Part shown: positions 45,933 through 45,958 of the stretch, piece after piece | Layout of the letters: the number at the start of each line of letters is the position of its first letter | How positions within the stretch are numbered: position 1 is the stretch's first letter | From: Chthoniobacter flavus | GTDB lineage: Bacteria; Verrucomicrobiota; Verrucomicrobiia; Chthoniobacterales; JACTMZ01 | NCBI GenBank assembly: GCA_945870655.1 | Contig: CAMBSX010000003.1 | Location: 1-45,958 of the forward strand | DNA length: 45,958 nucleotides | Direction of reading: 5' to 3' | The notes under the pieces: model-generated | Seen by the model: only the letters and a program-made list of their open reading frames with translations | Database searches by the model: none | Told to the model about the DNA's origin: nothing | Translations under genes and position numbers: made by a program

Positions 45933-45958
45933 TGGCCTTCCGCCCAACGTCCGCGATG

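Overview
A high-GC bacterial chromosomal segment, most likely from a Verrucomicrobium (PVC superphylum). This is inferred from the double-length fused UvrA, the stand-alone zinc-independent rpsN, and the style of the REP, attC-like and heptamer repeats. Most of it is housekeeping: rpsO-pnp, corA, yciH/SUI1, patA, corC-like, rpsN, trxA, menA-menC, priA, uvrC, rdgB, leuS, an OprB porin, malQ, HU, uvrA, spmAB and a family-B DNA polymerase. Accessory material is interspersed. (1) At about 5.0-6.4 kb, two small membrane-protein genes are each followed by a degenerate attC-like imperfect palindrome, next to a PIN-toxin remnant, with no integrase in the window: a relict integron-cassette cluster. (2) At 13.4-16.6 kb there is a tightly coupled four-gene heme-enzyme operon (atypical catalase-related protein, SnoaL/NTF2 protein, unknown protein, DyP peroxidase) opposite a decayed LuxR-type HTH. 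This is the best candidate for an undescribed pathway. (3) There is a vapBC pair with clear operator palindromes. (4) At least three families of REP/REPIN-like palindromes are present, and one family supplies the stop codons of both uvrA and polB. No rRNA, tRNA, CRISPR array, transposase or integrase was seen. All calls come from motif recognition by eye; no database search was run, and refined start codons are my estimates.
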